Assembly (NCBI RefSeq): GCF_009834535.1
Contig: NC_045707.1
Location: 61,940,001 to 62,004,000, forward strand
Source: Camelus ferus
Lineage: Eukaryota
DNA length: 64,000 bases
Reading direction: 5' to 3'
Shown piece by piece: positions 52,271 to 64,000 of this stretch. Each line of letters begins with the position of its first letter. Positions within the stretch are counted from its first letter, which is position 1. The notes under the pieces were generated by a model. The model searched no databases and was not told where the DNA came from. It saw only the letters and a list, made by a program, of their open reading frames with translations. Position numbers and translations under genes: made by a program.

Positions 52271-53729
52271 AGACGTGAGAAAACCTGAGTTTGAGAGATT
52301 TTATACCAAAGATCACAAGGTCCCTTTGTGGCACAATCAGACCTATCATCTGCTCCTTATTCCTCCTCTGGGGTTTTCACTCAGTCCCCAAAGTTCACTT
52401 TGAAATAATCTAATAAATTGATTTGATCTCTCTGTGTGACTGAATTTGAATTCTTTTATTTTATTTTATTTTGTTTTATTTTTTTAGATCAGAGGCTCTT
52501 TCAATTAAATGACAATCAGAAGCCATTTCACTGATTCTCAAGCTGAGCTGTTCAGTAACTGGTTGACCTGAGGCAAAACCACAGAGTTAAAAACAAAGAA
52601 TAAAATCATTGGAGAAGAGGGGGTGGCATTTAAAATTATAGCGTAAGTGATTTATAATCTAGTTGCTATCTTCATAATAAATGAACTGCCTTTGTTCTCA
52701 AGTCTAAAAAATGATGTTTCCAATGTATGAACGCTTTTGAAAAGTAATTGTTTAAAAATTCTATTCAAACACAACATTGATCAGGCACATGAAATTATCT
52801 GCTGCTCTAAATAGACCTGAGTTTTGGCCACTATTATTTGGTCTCTGAAAGAAGTTAGTCAAGATACTAAATTTCATTCAGTTTCCATCATGGCAAGGAC
52901 AGATATACATGAGCTTGATAAAATCTTAAGATTAATTTAATTTTAGCAAGCACAACAGTAAAAATAAACAATAGGATATATGAGCAATGCAGATCAATAG
53001 AGAAAGGTTTTAAAGTCAGGGGTTTTCTCTGTTCCAATGGTTAGGTTTTATTGCAGTTCTCTGAGATTTGTTAGATGTTTTTGTTGTGGTGGTGTATGTC
53101 TTGTCATAAACTTTTATTTTGCTATATTAAGCCATTAAATCATAAGTTTGCTTTTGTATGTATAATTAAAATGTAAAACTTGTAATTAAATTGTCATATA
53201 ATAGTCCACCTTTGTAACCTAGCATTTTAGCTTTCTACAGAAGTTGTAATGATCTCATTAATGCTGTCCCAAAAAAGAGAAAATAAATTAATCAAACTTT
53301 AATTGCCAAGGTGCTTCCTAGAAAATGAAAGTTACGAGATGAATATTAATCTATCTCATTTGCATTCTGCAACCAAACTGAAAACCTTCATGTTTCCCTG
53401 TTTGGATTCACGATGTACTAGCCAAAAAAAAAAGACAAGGCTTCTTAAAGATACTTTTTAAATGTCATGATTCTTAGAGATATTGAATGTGTTTAAAAAT
53501 CTTACATTTCTAAAAACAAAGTAGATTGAAAACAAAAATCCTAATTCTTGAATTCTACAGAATAAAAACCTGGAATACACAAAAATCTAGAAAGAAGACT
53601 TTATAATTGAAATAATGGTAAGAAATTTTGTCCTTCCTTGCCAAGAACAAAATGAATCCGTTGTTTTACTCTTGGAATTAACATAACAGGCCATTATTCA
53701 ATTCAATATACACTTACTTCTATTATTTA

Positions 53730-53830
53730 TTCTAACAGTATTTATTGAGTATCTGTTATGTGCCAGGCATTGTGCCAAGCAGATTACAAGACAACTATCA
53801 TCATTTGCCATGAAACTTACATTCCAGTAG
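53730..53830 (-). mobile_element. L2 3' end
   Basis: tatttattgagtatctgttatgtgccaggcattgtgccaag...gaaacttacattccagt. Confidence 0.75.
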
Positions 53831-54374
53831 AAAATTCTGCACTTTGTAAGGAATTGTCCTTACTCTGCTCATCTCCATTAGGAATGGGGGAGCTGGGAGT
53901 GACGTGGGTACAGCATCTGAGACTGGGGTGGTAGGGTTGTGGGGGTCGTTGGCAGGGGAGTGATGATTCAAAAATGCCCAAGTAAGATGGGGGCTGTCAC
54001 AACAGTTGTTATTCACATCCCACATATTACTGATAAGTTTTCCCCATGAATGGAAGTAAAAGTCACCAACCAAGAGACCTAAGTATGAGGCTGACTTGCC
54101 CTGATAAAAGCAAGGCTGCAGGTCCAGGGATAACACTATGTTTTCATAAACACATAAATAACCATCAACACTCTGGAGAACACCATGATTTGGTAGATGG
54201 GGACTTTTGGGTCTTATCTACATGACACCCGCGCACACTAACCTTACACAATCCTGCTGCCTGAAGACTAAACAAGACAGTGCACAGGAGATGCCATCCT
54301 TGGAAACTTTATCCTTATCCTCATAACAACTTAGCATTCAGGGTACTTGGAGTGAAGTGGAAGCAGAGTCTGTA

Positions 54375-54720
54375 AATGAGTGGCTTCTAAACATGGCCGC
54401 CCCCCTGGTTTACATACTTTGCATAACCAGCCCCTTGAAGGGGTGAGGGGGGGAGCCGTGAATACAGTGGGATATCACTCTTTTGATTAAGCTGCTTTTG
54501 GACTTTGAGTTCATGAAAGGGAAGATCACCCCACGTGGTCCTGACCTAATCATGTCAGTCCTTAAAAGAGAGTGAGGCGTCAGAGATGCTCTTCTGTTGG
54601 TGGTAAGCTTCAGTGTTGTGAGAGGAGGTAGTTATGTGGCAAGAATAGGGAAGGCGAGCTCTGTAAGCTGAGAGCCCCTTTTGAGGGGGCGGTGTGAGCT
54701 GGAAGTAGAGTGACAAAAAG
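54375..54720 (+). mobile_element. MaLR LTR (MLT1D/E-like)
   Basis: gtgaatacagtgggatatcactc...gactttgagttcatgaaagggaagatcacccc...cctgacctaatca...atgtggcaag. Confidence 0.75.
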
Positions 54721-55519
54721 GCTGATCTCCAGGGAAGACCCACTTCTCTATTTATATGATGTACCATTACCTCTGAAGGAGCCGTCACGTGCCCTGCATT
54801 CTCACAGTTATCCATAGCTCTAGACATAGAACCTTACCATCTTTGCAGAAATTTTTATTGAATAGAACAATCTATAGTATATTATGTCCATCAATAATCA
54901 TTAATGTTTAAGGCCTGGAACATTATCCCCATCGAAGAACCATGACTAACCATAAACTGAATATAATGAGTCATTCTGAAGTTACTCCTGCCCACGCTCT
55001 GCTTAATGATGCTGCCTGCCAGCATGTATTACCTGTTATAGAGCATTGTTTATGGGTATCATCCCGAAGTGTGTGGTTTGGTCCCATGTAGCAAACTGCC
55101 CTGTGGTCTTGCCACCCAGTCACAGGTAAAAGCTGAAGTCTGGACAGTTTGCTTTCACTCACAAGTGCTCCAGATGGGACTCCCTGAGCATACACTAATG
55201 GTTTGTTGTTCCTATTGCTCCAGTTCATCCTTTGTCCATTCTTTACTTCAGCTCACATAAAGCATGGAAGATCAGCTTCAAATACCATCATCTCTTCCAT
55301 TTTCCCTATATTTCAGGTTGCTCCATTAGCTGATATACTGTACATCGATGCGATTCATACCTTTATTTCTAACTTCTGATTAGTTACACAGTATTATCGA
55401 AAAGGTATATTACATGTCACCTTAACACTTTCTTTGAAGATTTGATCTCACAACCTCCATCACAATTTGGCCTTCAATCTCTTTTAAAAATGTCTCTCAA
55501 TTTTTCTGTGAGTTATAAC

Positions 55520-55651
55520 TAGGGTAACCATACACCTTATTGTCCAAAACATAACACTTTTGAAAGGACAGGAGGACTATTATCAATAAAAGCTGAATAA
55601 CAGCTGTAAGCCAAGACTCTCCCAGGAAAACCAGTAAATATGGTCATTCTT
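55520..55651. mobile_element. MER94 (hAT-Blackjack MITE)
   Basis: tagggtaaccata...gtccaaa...cacttttga...atggtcattct termini; about 130 bp. Confidence 0.75.
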
Positions 55652-56349
55652 TGGGCCTTGTTAAGACAGGAGGTCTGATAAATATTTGCATACATACATC
55701 CACTAAGATAATGTAGCTTAATTATCTTTTTCCACTTGGACCTAATAAATATCCCTAATATACCACATTTGGGGCCTCAAGTTCCCCTTTGGGCCTACCT
55801 CATAGCCTTCCCAATGGTAAAAAATATAACTGTTGTGGACCAGTTAGCATTACTTTTAAGGGGGATTGGGGATTTTGGACTATACTATAGATTATTCTTT
55901 CCTCTGCTAATAATAACCTGTAATTAATACTAGATAAACCAGTTGGAGTTTTTGCTCTTTTATATATTCTTTGTGAGTAGAATATTATCCTGATAGAGAT
56001 GGTTTTATTAATCTACTGTTCTTACGGCCTGCTGTCAGTACCCAGAAGAAAAAGGTTATTACAGATAATGTTGCTGATAAATTGATGATGAGAAAATCAA
56101 AGTCTTTTTAAATTTTATGAAGAGTCATTAAATCTATTGGGGGTAAATCACTGGCTGTAAATATAAAGCTCTTGAAGCAAAATCTTAGCCAAAGGGAAGT
56201 GGGGAAAATATTGATACTGAGAGACCAGGAAATAGTATATGAGAAAAGTTTAAAAATACTTTAATTGCTACACTACAAATGCAACTGGGTAGTTCATTAT
56301 AGGCATTCATTCTGAAGTGGTAATATGATAAACTGAATTACCTCATATT

Positions 56350-57457
56350 TTGCACAGCAAAGGAAACCATAAACAAAACAAAAAGACAATCTACAGAATG
56401 GGAAAAAATATTTGCAAATGACACAACTGACAAGGGACTAATTTCCAAATTATACAAACAGCTCATATAGCTTAATATAAAAAAAAAAATGGGCAGGAGA
56501 CCTAAATAAACATTTCTCCAAAGAAGACATAAAGATGGCCAACAGGCACATGAAAAGATGCTCAGTATTGCTAATTATTACAGAAATGTAAATCAAAACT
56601 ACAATGAGGCGTCACCTCACACCAGTCAGAATGGCCATCATTAAAAAGTCTACAAATGATAAATGCTGGAGAGGATGTGGAGAAAAGGAACCCTCCTACA
56701 TTGTTGGAAGGAATATAAATTGGTGCAGCCACTATGGAGGAAAGTATGGATGTTCCTTAAAAAACTAAAAATAGATTTACCATATGATCCAGCAATCCTA
56801 CTCCTGCGAATGTATCTGGAGAAAACTATAATTTGAAAAGACAATGCACCCCAATGTTCATAGCAGCACTATTTACAATAGCCAACACATGGAAACAGCC
56901 TAAATATGCATCAACAGATGACTGGATAAAGAAGAGGTGGTATATATATATATATATACACACACATACATATACACAATGGTATTACTCAGCCATAAAA
57001 CAGAATGAAATAATCCCATTTGCAGCAACATAGATGGACCTAGAGATTATCATATTGAGGGAAGTAAGTCAGACAGAGAAAGACAAATATCATATGATAT
57101 CACTTATATGTGGAATCTGAAAAAAAAATGATACAAATTCTATTTACATACCAAAGACAGACTCATGGACATAGAAAACAAACTATGATTACCTAAGGAT
57201 AAAGGAGAGGGAGGGATAAATTAGGGGTTGGGGATTAACAGACACACATTACTATATACAAAATAGATAAACAAGGACCTACTTTATAGCACAGGGAACT
57301 ATATTCAATTTTTTGTAATAGCATATAAATGGGAAAAGAATCTGAAAAGAAAATACATATATTTATGTATATGTATAACTGAATCACTTTGCTGTACACC
57401 TGAAACTAACATTGTAAATCAACTACACTTCAATAAAAAATAAATAAATAAATAAAA
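56350..57457 (+). mobile_element. 5'-truncated L1 (ORF2 C-terminus + 3'UTR + A-rich tail)
   Basis: Cys-rich [21 protein letters not shown] segment, [21 protein letters not shown], 3' end ...aacattgtaaatcaactacacttcaataaaaaataaaataaa. Confidence 0.95.
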
Positions 57458-58019
57458 TGTCAATCTTTATAAAGGTATTATAATGTGCCTGACATCATGT
57501 CTTCAAATTCTCACATTTTTAAAACAAATAGTTTATTTATACAGGTGCTCAGCCAAAAAAATAAAATAAACGTTGAGGGTCCCAAACACGCAAGGGGTGG
57601 GCTATTGGAGATTAAAAGAGAAGATGAATTGCAGACCTATTTCTTGCTTTCTCTTCAGGGCAGCAGTGTTCAACATTTAGAATGCATACAATTCACTGGG
57701 GCATATGTAATAAATGCAGCTTCTCGGACCTCACTTTGCATAAGATGAAATATGATGTGCCTGTGGGGCACATAGATGGATACCTAGCTCATGCTTGAAT
57801 ATATAGATCTGAAACAGAGATGGAAGCTGGCTTAGAATGACACATTTCTAACCAAAGAGGTGATGGAGGTCTAGAGCAAACCCACAGGACAATTCACAAA
57901 ACAGAATTACACAGACTAACTGTCAAGGAACCCATAACCTAACTCTAACTCTCTGCATTTAGATGGGAAAATTGGCCTTGGGAATAAGATGGCTTGGGTA
58001 GTGATTTTCCAACATTTTA

Positions 58020-58170
58020 GCTCATGGAATCAGAGCATGTTACAGGTGGAATGGAATGAAGAAATCATTTCATTCGGGCTTAGTAACTGATTGGTGAAGA
58101 AACTTGCCCAGGGAGATAAAGTGACCTGACTGGGGCCACAGCGTTTGTTGTAGAGTCAAGACTGACCATA
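58020..58170 (-). mobile_element. MIR/MIR3 SINE
   Basis: tgaagaaacttgcccagggagataaagtgacctg...ggccacagc. Confidence 0.5.
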
Positions 58171-58780
58171 ACGTTTTTTTTCCAATCTATTACACAAAGT
58201 CCAAATCAATTGTTGAATCACTGTTGAATCCATTATTAAGCAGAAATAACACAAGCATATTTAATTCCAAAGGAAAATTTCGCTGTAAGGGAAGTACCTA
58301 AGAGGCCAATATTAATCTACCTCCAAACTGTAAAAGTGGCTGTTCTGCAAATAAGGCCTTAAACTGCAATAATTCATACAGCAGCAAGAGCAGAAGCTAA
58401 TCTTTTTCTGAACTGGGGCTTGATTTAAAGTTACAATTCCTGTGGGTGTTTATGGGTATGTGCATGCATGTGAACGTATATTTAAAAACAGAAAGTGCTC
58501 GGGAATAAGAATGCGGAAGAGTCACTTTAGGTGGTCAAAGCACATTAAAGGTGGGGAGGACCTTGTATTTAAATCAGCCCTTTGTCTTGTAGATCTAAGG
58601 TTAACCTTGCAGGTTTAAGGTGTTATTATAGTAATGTTTTCTTAGAGCTCCGTGGAATTGTGTTCCTAATTACTGATTTATCTACTTACCTGAAAAATCC
58701 AAGTAAGGGATTTGTGCCAATAATAAAGATCACCATCGCGTGATATAATCCTTTCTAAGCTTGGATCAGTTTATAATCAC

Positions 58781-59455
58781 ATTGGTTTTCTATTGCTGTC
58801 TAAATAATCTAGCTGCTTCAAACAGTCCTCACATTAATCTCATAGTGCTCTAGGTCAGAAGTCAGGCCATGCTTGGCTGGGCCACCTACTGAGGGGCTCA
58901 CAGGCCAGACACAGTGTCAGCTAGACTGGGCTCTTATCTGGAGGCTCTGAGGAAGAATCAGCTCCCCAGCCCATTCGGGCTGTCTGCAGAATTCAGTTTC
59001 CATGTCTGTAGGTCTGAGGTACAGTTTCCCTGCTTAGCCGTTAGCTGGGGGCTGCTCTCAGTTCCAAGATGCACCAGCATTCCTTCTCACTTGATTCCCT
59101 TCATCTTGAAAGCCACCAATGGCGCATCAAATCTTTCTCATACTTTAAATCTCTGTGATATCTTCTACTGTCAGATGGGGAACACTTTAAAGTCCTCACC
59201 TAACTGGGTCAAGTCTAGCCAAATAATCTCCAACTCTTAAGGTCAATTGACTGGGGATTATTTACATCTGCAAACTCCCTTCACAGCAATATTTATTTTC
59301 TATTTTTTTCAGCTTTGCACATTTTTTTGAGTCCTTATTTTTATTTATTTAAACATTTTTTATTGATTTATACAGCAATGTTTAGATTACTGTTTGACTG
59401 AATAACCAGAAGACAAGAATCTCAAGAGGCTGTCTTTAGAGTTCTGCCTGCCACA
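58781..59455 (-). mobile_element. MaLR LTR (MLT1E-like) carrying a young micro-insertion
   Basis: taggtcagaagtc...ttatctggaggctctgaggaagaatc...gcagaattcagttt...tacatctgcaaactcccttcacagca...ttagagttctgcctgccaca. Confidence 0.88.
59296..59371 (-). mobile_element. Minimal young L1 3'-end insertion with composite A-rich tail
   Basis: Antisense ataaatcaataaaaaatgttt (camelid-type L1 terminus) plus A-rich segments; TSD acagcaat(a/g)ttta at 59283-59295 and 59372-59384. Confidence 0.75.
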
Positions 59456-60879
59456 CCTTTTACCTACAGCACAAAATAGTGAGATTTTCAACATTTTGAA
59501 ATATCTTTGCGATATCCATTAGTGTCAAGTTTATTGGCAGTTTCACTTCCTGTGAAACATCTTTCCTTATTATCACAACCAGTTTCCTCATCTATGTTGG
59601 TAATTTCGCCTTCATTAAGTTCCTCTGGCTGCATAACTTGGGTCTCCAGAATGCTGGCGTGTCAGCCCCTCCCATGAGCATCCATCTTCTGATCACATCA
59701 AATCGGACTTTCAGTGCTATCACTTTTTTTTCTTTGTTGCATTTTCACCTTTTGATTATCTTTTTTTTTTCCTTTTTAAACAAATGGTCCATGGGTTTAT
59801 CAAAGGGAGGCAAGGAAGCAACACAAACATACACTCTGCTGTCTGAACAACTAAGCACAATGACTCATCACCAATAGACCATGCTTCATGCTGATTCTCT
59901 CCTTCTTCCCTTTTTTTCCAGTTTGATTAAACCGAGGTTTTTCCAATAGTTTTTTTTTAAACTTTTATTAGCATAACAATTTTTTTCATTTTCAGAAGTT
60001 ATTTTTGTTTTCATAACTGCATCATCATTCTCTCCTGTTTCTCGTTCATGTTTAAAATTCCATCTAACTTACGGATTTAGTTTATAGTCGTTGTATTTCA
60101 CGTCTAATCATTCCTCTTACAAGAAAGAAGTATTAATTCCATAGAGAGTCAGCAGAAATAATAACCTACAAAATTAGAACTCCTCTCTTATAAAAAGAAT
60201 GATTAGATGCAGAATATGATAGAGGTTAAGTGAAGTCTTTAAAGATATAGATGTTTCTTTTATTGCAAGCTTATATTTTGTGAGAATGCTGACAGCCCCA
60301 AATTCTGTTAGGTAGCCAAGAGGTACATTATCTTGGGCACATTACATAATTTTCAGGCAGAGGCTTCTCTGACTAACAGGGTAGGGTACCTATGTGAAAG
60401 CGAGGGTGTAAGTACCAATTCCCAATGGAAATGATGACGACGACCATGTTATTAATTAACTTACTTCCCCTCAGGCCTTGGCAGAGGCTTTCTTATGTGT
60501 TGTTTATATAGGCAGGAAGGTCTCTGTCTCTTTTCACTCTACCCATCCTTTCACTAAGGATATAAAGATCACTTCAGGCATCTTGTATTTATGGAGAGCG
60601 AAATGGTCTCAATTTGTGATGAGCAAGGCCTAATCTCCACTTCCCATCTGGAAGTTCCTGGTGTCTGTAATGTCCCCCAGTGCAGTCCCATTTTCTGTTT
60701 TCACTTGTCTCTGGTTTGTGCGTGCGTGCGTGTATTTAGAAGATAGAGCTGGGTATTTCCCTTACTTTCTTGGGAGGATAGCAAAACACTTAATGGTATC
60801 TTTGTTGCAACTTAATCAGCATCCAGATTCTTTTTGCACCAAGAAGCCTTTCTGCAATACCCAGACCACAGTTGAAGAC

Positions 60880-62990
60880 TAGTTCGACATTTCTGGTACA
60901 CATTTTATTCTACATGTACATATCTCTAAACAACATACAGCATTGTTTTGCATATTGTTACGTTTCAAACGAAAGGTATCAAATTATAAGAACAAATGCT
61001 TTACTCAATATTTTATTTGTGCAACCCTGGTTGTTTTCACTTCTGCATGGTGACTACATATTTTTAATGGGTATTGATATCAGTTTCAATTTTTTTCCTA
61101 TTACAAATAATGTTACAAGAGGTGGAAATATTGGGGTATTGGTTATGCTTGTCAACTGCAGTAGATATTTCCAAATTGCTTTCCAAAATATTTTTATCAT
61201 ATTATAGTCCACCAGCAATGTACAACACTTTTAATTGCTTCGTATACCTCTCAGAGTTGATACCATCGTCTTTTTACATTTTAAACATACTGATCAGTAT
61301 AAATGGTATTTTACTTGCTTTTAGTTTGTATTTCTCTGAAACAAAGTGAACTTTTCACATCTTTTTTTTTTTTGATATTAGGATTTCTTTTTCTATAAAT
61401 GAGCTATTCTTTTACTTTGCCCATTTGTCAATTGTGTAACTATTTTGTTCATATCTTTTATTAGTTTTAAGAAGTGTGACGCTTCCACTAGCATGTCCTG
61501 GCATTTTGTTGTTGTGCGTCTGTCTTTAGTATGACAGTGCACAGAAAGTTTTACTTTTATTATGGTCCAACATATCAATCTTTTATGTTTAGTGATTATA
61601 TTTACTTAGGAAATTTTTCCTTGTCTAACTATAAACATACCCTACTATATTTCCCTCTAAAGGTTTGATGTTTTAATTTTCCACAGTAAGTCTTAAATCC
61701 TCATGGGAATTAATTTTTGTCTGGAGTACAATTCTAATATTTATACATAATCTATTCCAGAACAAAATAAGTTTATACTCTACTGACTATAATACCAATT
61801 TAGTCATACATCAGGATGACATAAATGTGAACGTGTGTTTGTTTTCTCATCTAATTCTGAACTCTCTTCTATTCTACTGTTTGTTTCTGCACCAAAACCA
61901 CACAATGTAAGATACATTCGTCAAACAAGATAGTCTATTCTGCACCTTGCTTTTCATAGAAATCTTAAAATTAGCTTATCAAGTTTCATGAAAATGTCCT
62001 ATTTGGATTTTAATCAAGATTATTTCCAATTCATATGTTTGGAGTGATGATACTGAACTTTCTGTCCATGAACATCCCCTCATTCTCCATTTATTTGGAT
62101 TTCCTTTAACATTCCAGACAAAATTTTTAACATTTTATCCATAACATCTTATGACTCTCTTGTTATATTAATATTGCATAGAACCATTGTAACTTTTGTC
62201 CAATTACATTGTAAATGCAACTTTTAAACTGTTTTTATTATTCTGATTTGGGATACCAATCTTACATCCAGCAACTTTACTGCATTCTATCATTACTTCC
62301 AGTGGTACGTCCACAGATTCTATACAATTATTAATTTAGATAGCATCTGAGAATAAGAACTTTGTTTTCTTCTATTCCTGCTTTTAAAGGGAATGTTTCC
62401 AAGTATTTTTACATTAAGCAAAACAACTGTAGGTTTTTGATACATATCTTACCAGTGTATGAAAGTTCTTTAGCTGTTGTTTCTATATGGTATTTTTAAA
62501 AATCAATAATTGGTATTGAAGTTTACAAACTATTTTTCTGCATCGAAATTTTCACATGCTTTTACTCTAATGGTGATGTAGTGATTCTCTGAGTCAAAAT
62601 CTTTGCTAGGATTAACCTAACTTTTGATAAAGCTTATTTTTGATATTTTATAGGATTTGGTTTGCTAACATCGTTATAGTATACTTAGCCTATAATGGCA
62701 TTTGTTTCTTGCTGTATGTCTGTGAACTCTTTTAAGTGTCTGGTGTTTTTAGGTGTATTTGGGTAGAGATGGGTTTTTTTTTAAGTTCTAAATGTAGTTA
62801 AATTAACTACATGTATTAAATTTTAAGATTAAAAATAAAAACTTGAGTCATTTTTGATGAGTTATATTCTTAAAACATTTTCCATTTTCTCAATGTTTTC
62901 AAAGTCATTCTTTTAAAGTTTTCATTAATATCACAATTTTTTCATTCTATTTTAATTGTAACTTGTCTTTTTTTAAGTCAGCCCTTCCAT
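60880..62990 (-). mobile_element. Old L1ME-type LINE (3'UTR and ORF2 relic)
   Basis: ccaaattgctttccaaa...cccaccagcaatgta; ctttgcccattt; tagcttatcaagtt; ctttgctaggattaacc; long T-rich antisense L1 character. Confidence 0.75.
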
Positions 62991-63079
62991 TTACTGGATT
63001 AAAAATTCTCTTGCTTCAGCAAAGTGAACTGGCCTAGCACTGGCATTCTACTTTTGCTTCTATTACTTTATTTTTGTTC

Positions 63080-63200
63080 TTGAACTGTGGGCAAGTCATT
63101 GCTGCTGAACGTATTTCTCATCTCCGAAAATGAATTTAGTATTTCCTTGTAAGCTCACGTATTTCCAGTGAGGCTCAAGTAATAATGACTTAAGTTTTCA
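63080..63200 (+). mobile_element. MIR SINE
   Basis: tgggcaagtcattg...tttctcatctccgaaaatg...gtgaggctcaagtaataatg. Confidence 0.55.
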
Positions 63201-64000
63201 AAATGGAACAAACCAACCCTAGGTGCATCACTTGTAACAAATATTTTCCTACAGAGCATCACGAGCATCTTTTGGAACATGAATGAGAATCAGAGCTTGT
63301 ACCCTCCACAGCCAAGAAAAGGTAGCAAAGTCTGATGTTAAAAGTTAACCTGAGAGCCAGCAATTCGCTAACCATGATAATTATTTTAAAGACTAGTATG
63401 AAAAGATGTTTAAAATAAGTGGCTCCTGAATCCTTAACTACTTGAGCCTGCATTTTGTCTTTGTCAACCTCAAGCAACCATTTATTAGGTTCCTGACCTC
63501 ATGCTACATGCCATAGCTAAAATGCAGTATCTAGGGAGTTAAAAGGTATATAGTGTTGTTGTTGTTGTTTTTTTTTTTTTAATGTAAGAATCATTAGTTA
63601 GAAAACATGAAAAGGAAGTCTTAAAAGTCCTACCATCAAGTGGATTTAGTAAAGCATTGAGGTCTTGCAAATAATCCCATTTCAGGGAACTAAGTAGGTT
63701 AGCATGAAATATATTAATTAAAATCTGTACATATGAAATAAGATCTAAAAGTATTTGCTTCAGCTGCATTCAAATATTAGGTGACTCAATACCATGTTAC
63801 ATGTCTATAAGGTCCCCTGAGATACTCTACTGAGAAAGTTTTTCCTCTGGTCCCATTTCTGTAAGTAATTTTTATTCATCCAAGTATTTCCAATTTTAGA
63901 CTGGTTTTTTAATACCCAAAACATTTAGTGAACAAGTGATTTTGATCAATACTAAGGAGCAATAGGTACAATTTCTAGGGGAAAAGCTCCAACTTTGGAT

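Noticed and set aside
54390..54410. CTCF/YY1-like motif catggccgcccccctgg
   Set aside because: Lies in the MLT1 LTR 5' region and does not fit CTCF core spacing
1..64000. The six-frame ORF track as host genes
   Set aside because: All ORFs are 144 aa or shorter, many start at non-ATG codons, and none shows recognisable non-TE homology; this is expected by chance in mammalian non-coding DNA
1..64000. CRISPR arrays, operons, numts, endogenous non-retroviral viral ORFs, true tRNA/snRNA genes
   Set aside because: None seen; the tRNA-like A/B boxes belong to SINEs. Very diverged relics cannot be excluded without a database search

Overview
AT-rich, CpG-depleted eutherian genomic DNA, most likely from a camelid (camel/alpaca/llama). 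The assignment rests on two Vic-1-type tRNA-derived SINEs and camelid-type L1 3' ends. I cannot support any host protein-coding gene, RNA gene or prokaryote-type feature. The only ORFs with recognisable homology are L1 fragments. The window is a patchwork of old repeats (MIR, L2, L1ME/MC, MaLR/ERVL/ERV1 solo LTRs, MER82, MER3, MER94, MER102) and younger L1/SINE insertions with target-site duplications (TSDs). L1 copies occur on both strands, consistent with intergenic DNA or a large intron. I found no clear new biological system. The most noteworthy items are atypical retrotransposition products: a tail-less internal ORF2 fragment with a TSD, a 5'UTR-to-late-ORF2 fusion, an L1 split by MIR-containing host DNA, and a 76-bp insertion with a possible 3' transduction. 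Also notable are a probable ancient CR1/L3 RT relic next to a CpG-retaining block, a 29-bp near-perfect inverted repeat, several enhancer-like motif clusters and weak exon-like segments. Repeat family names come from visual recognition, not from a RepeatMasker run, and boundaries of old elements are approximate.
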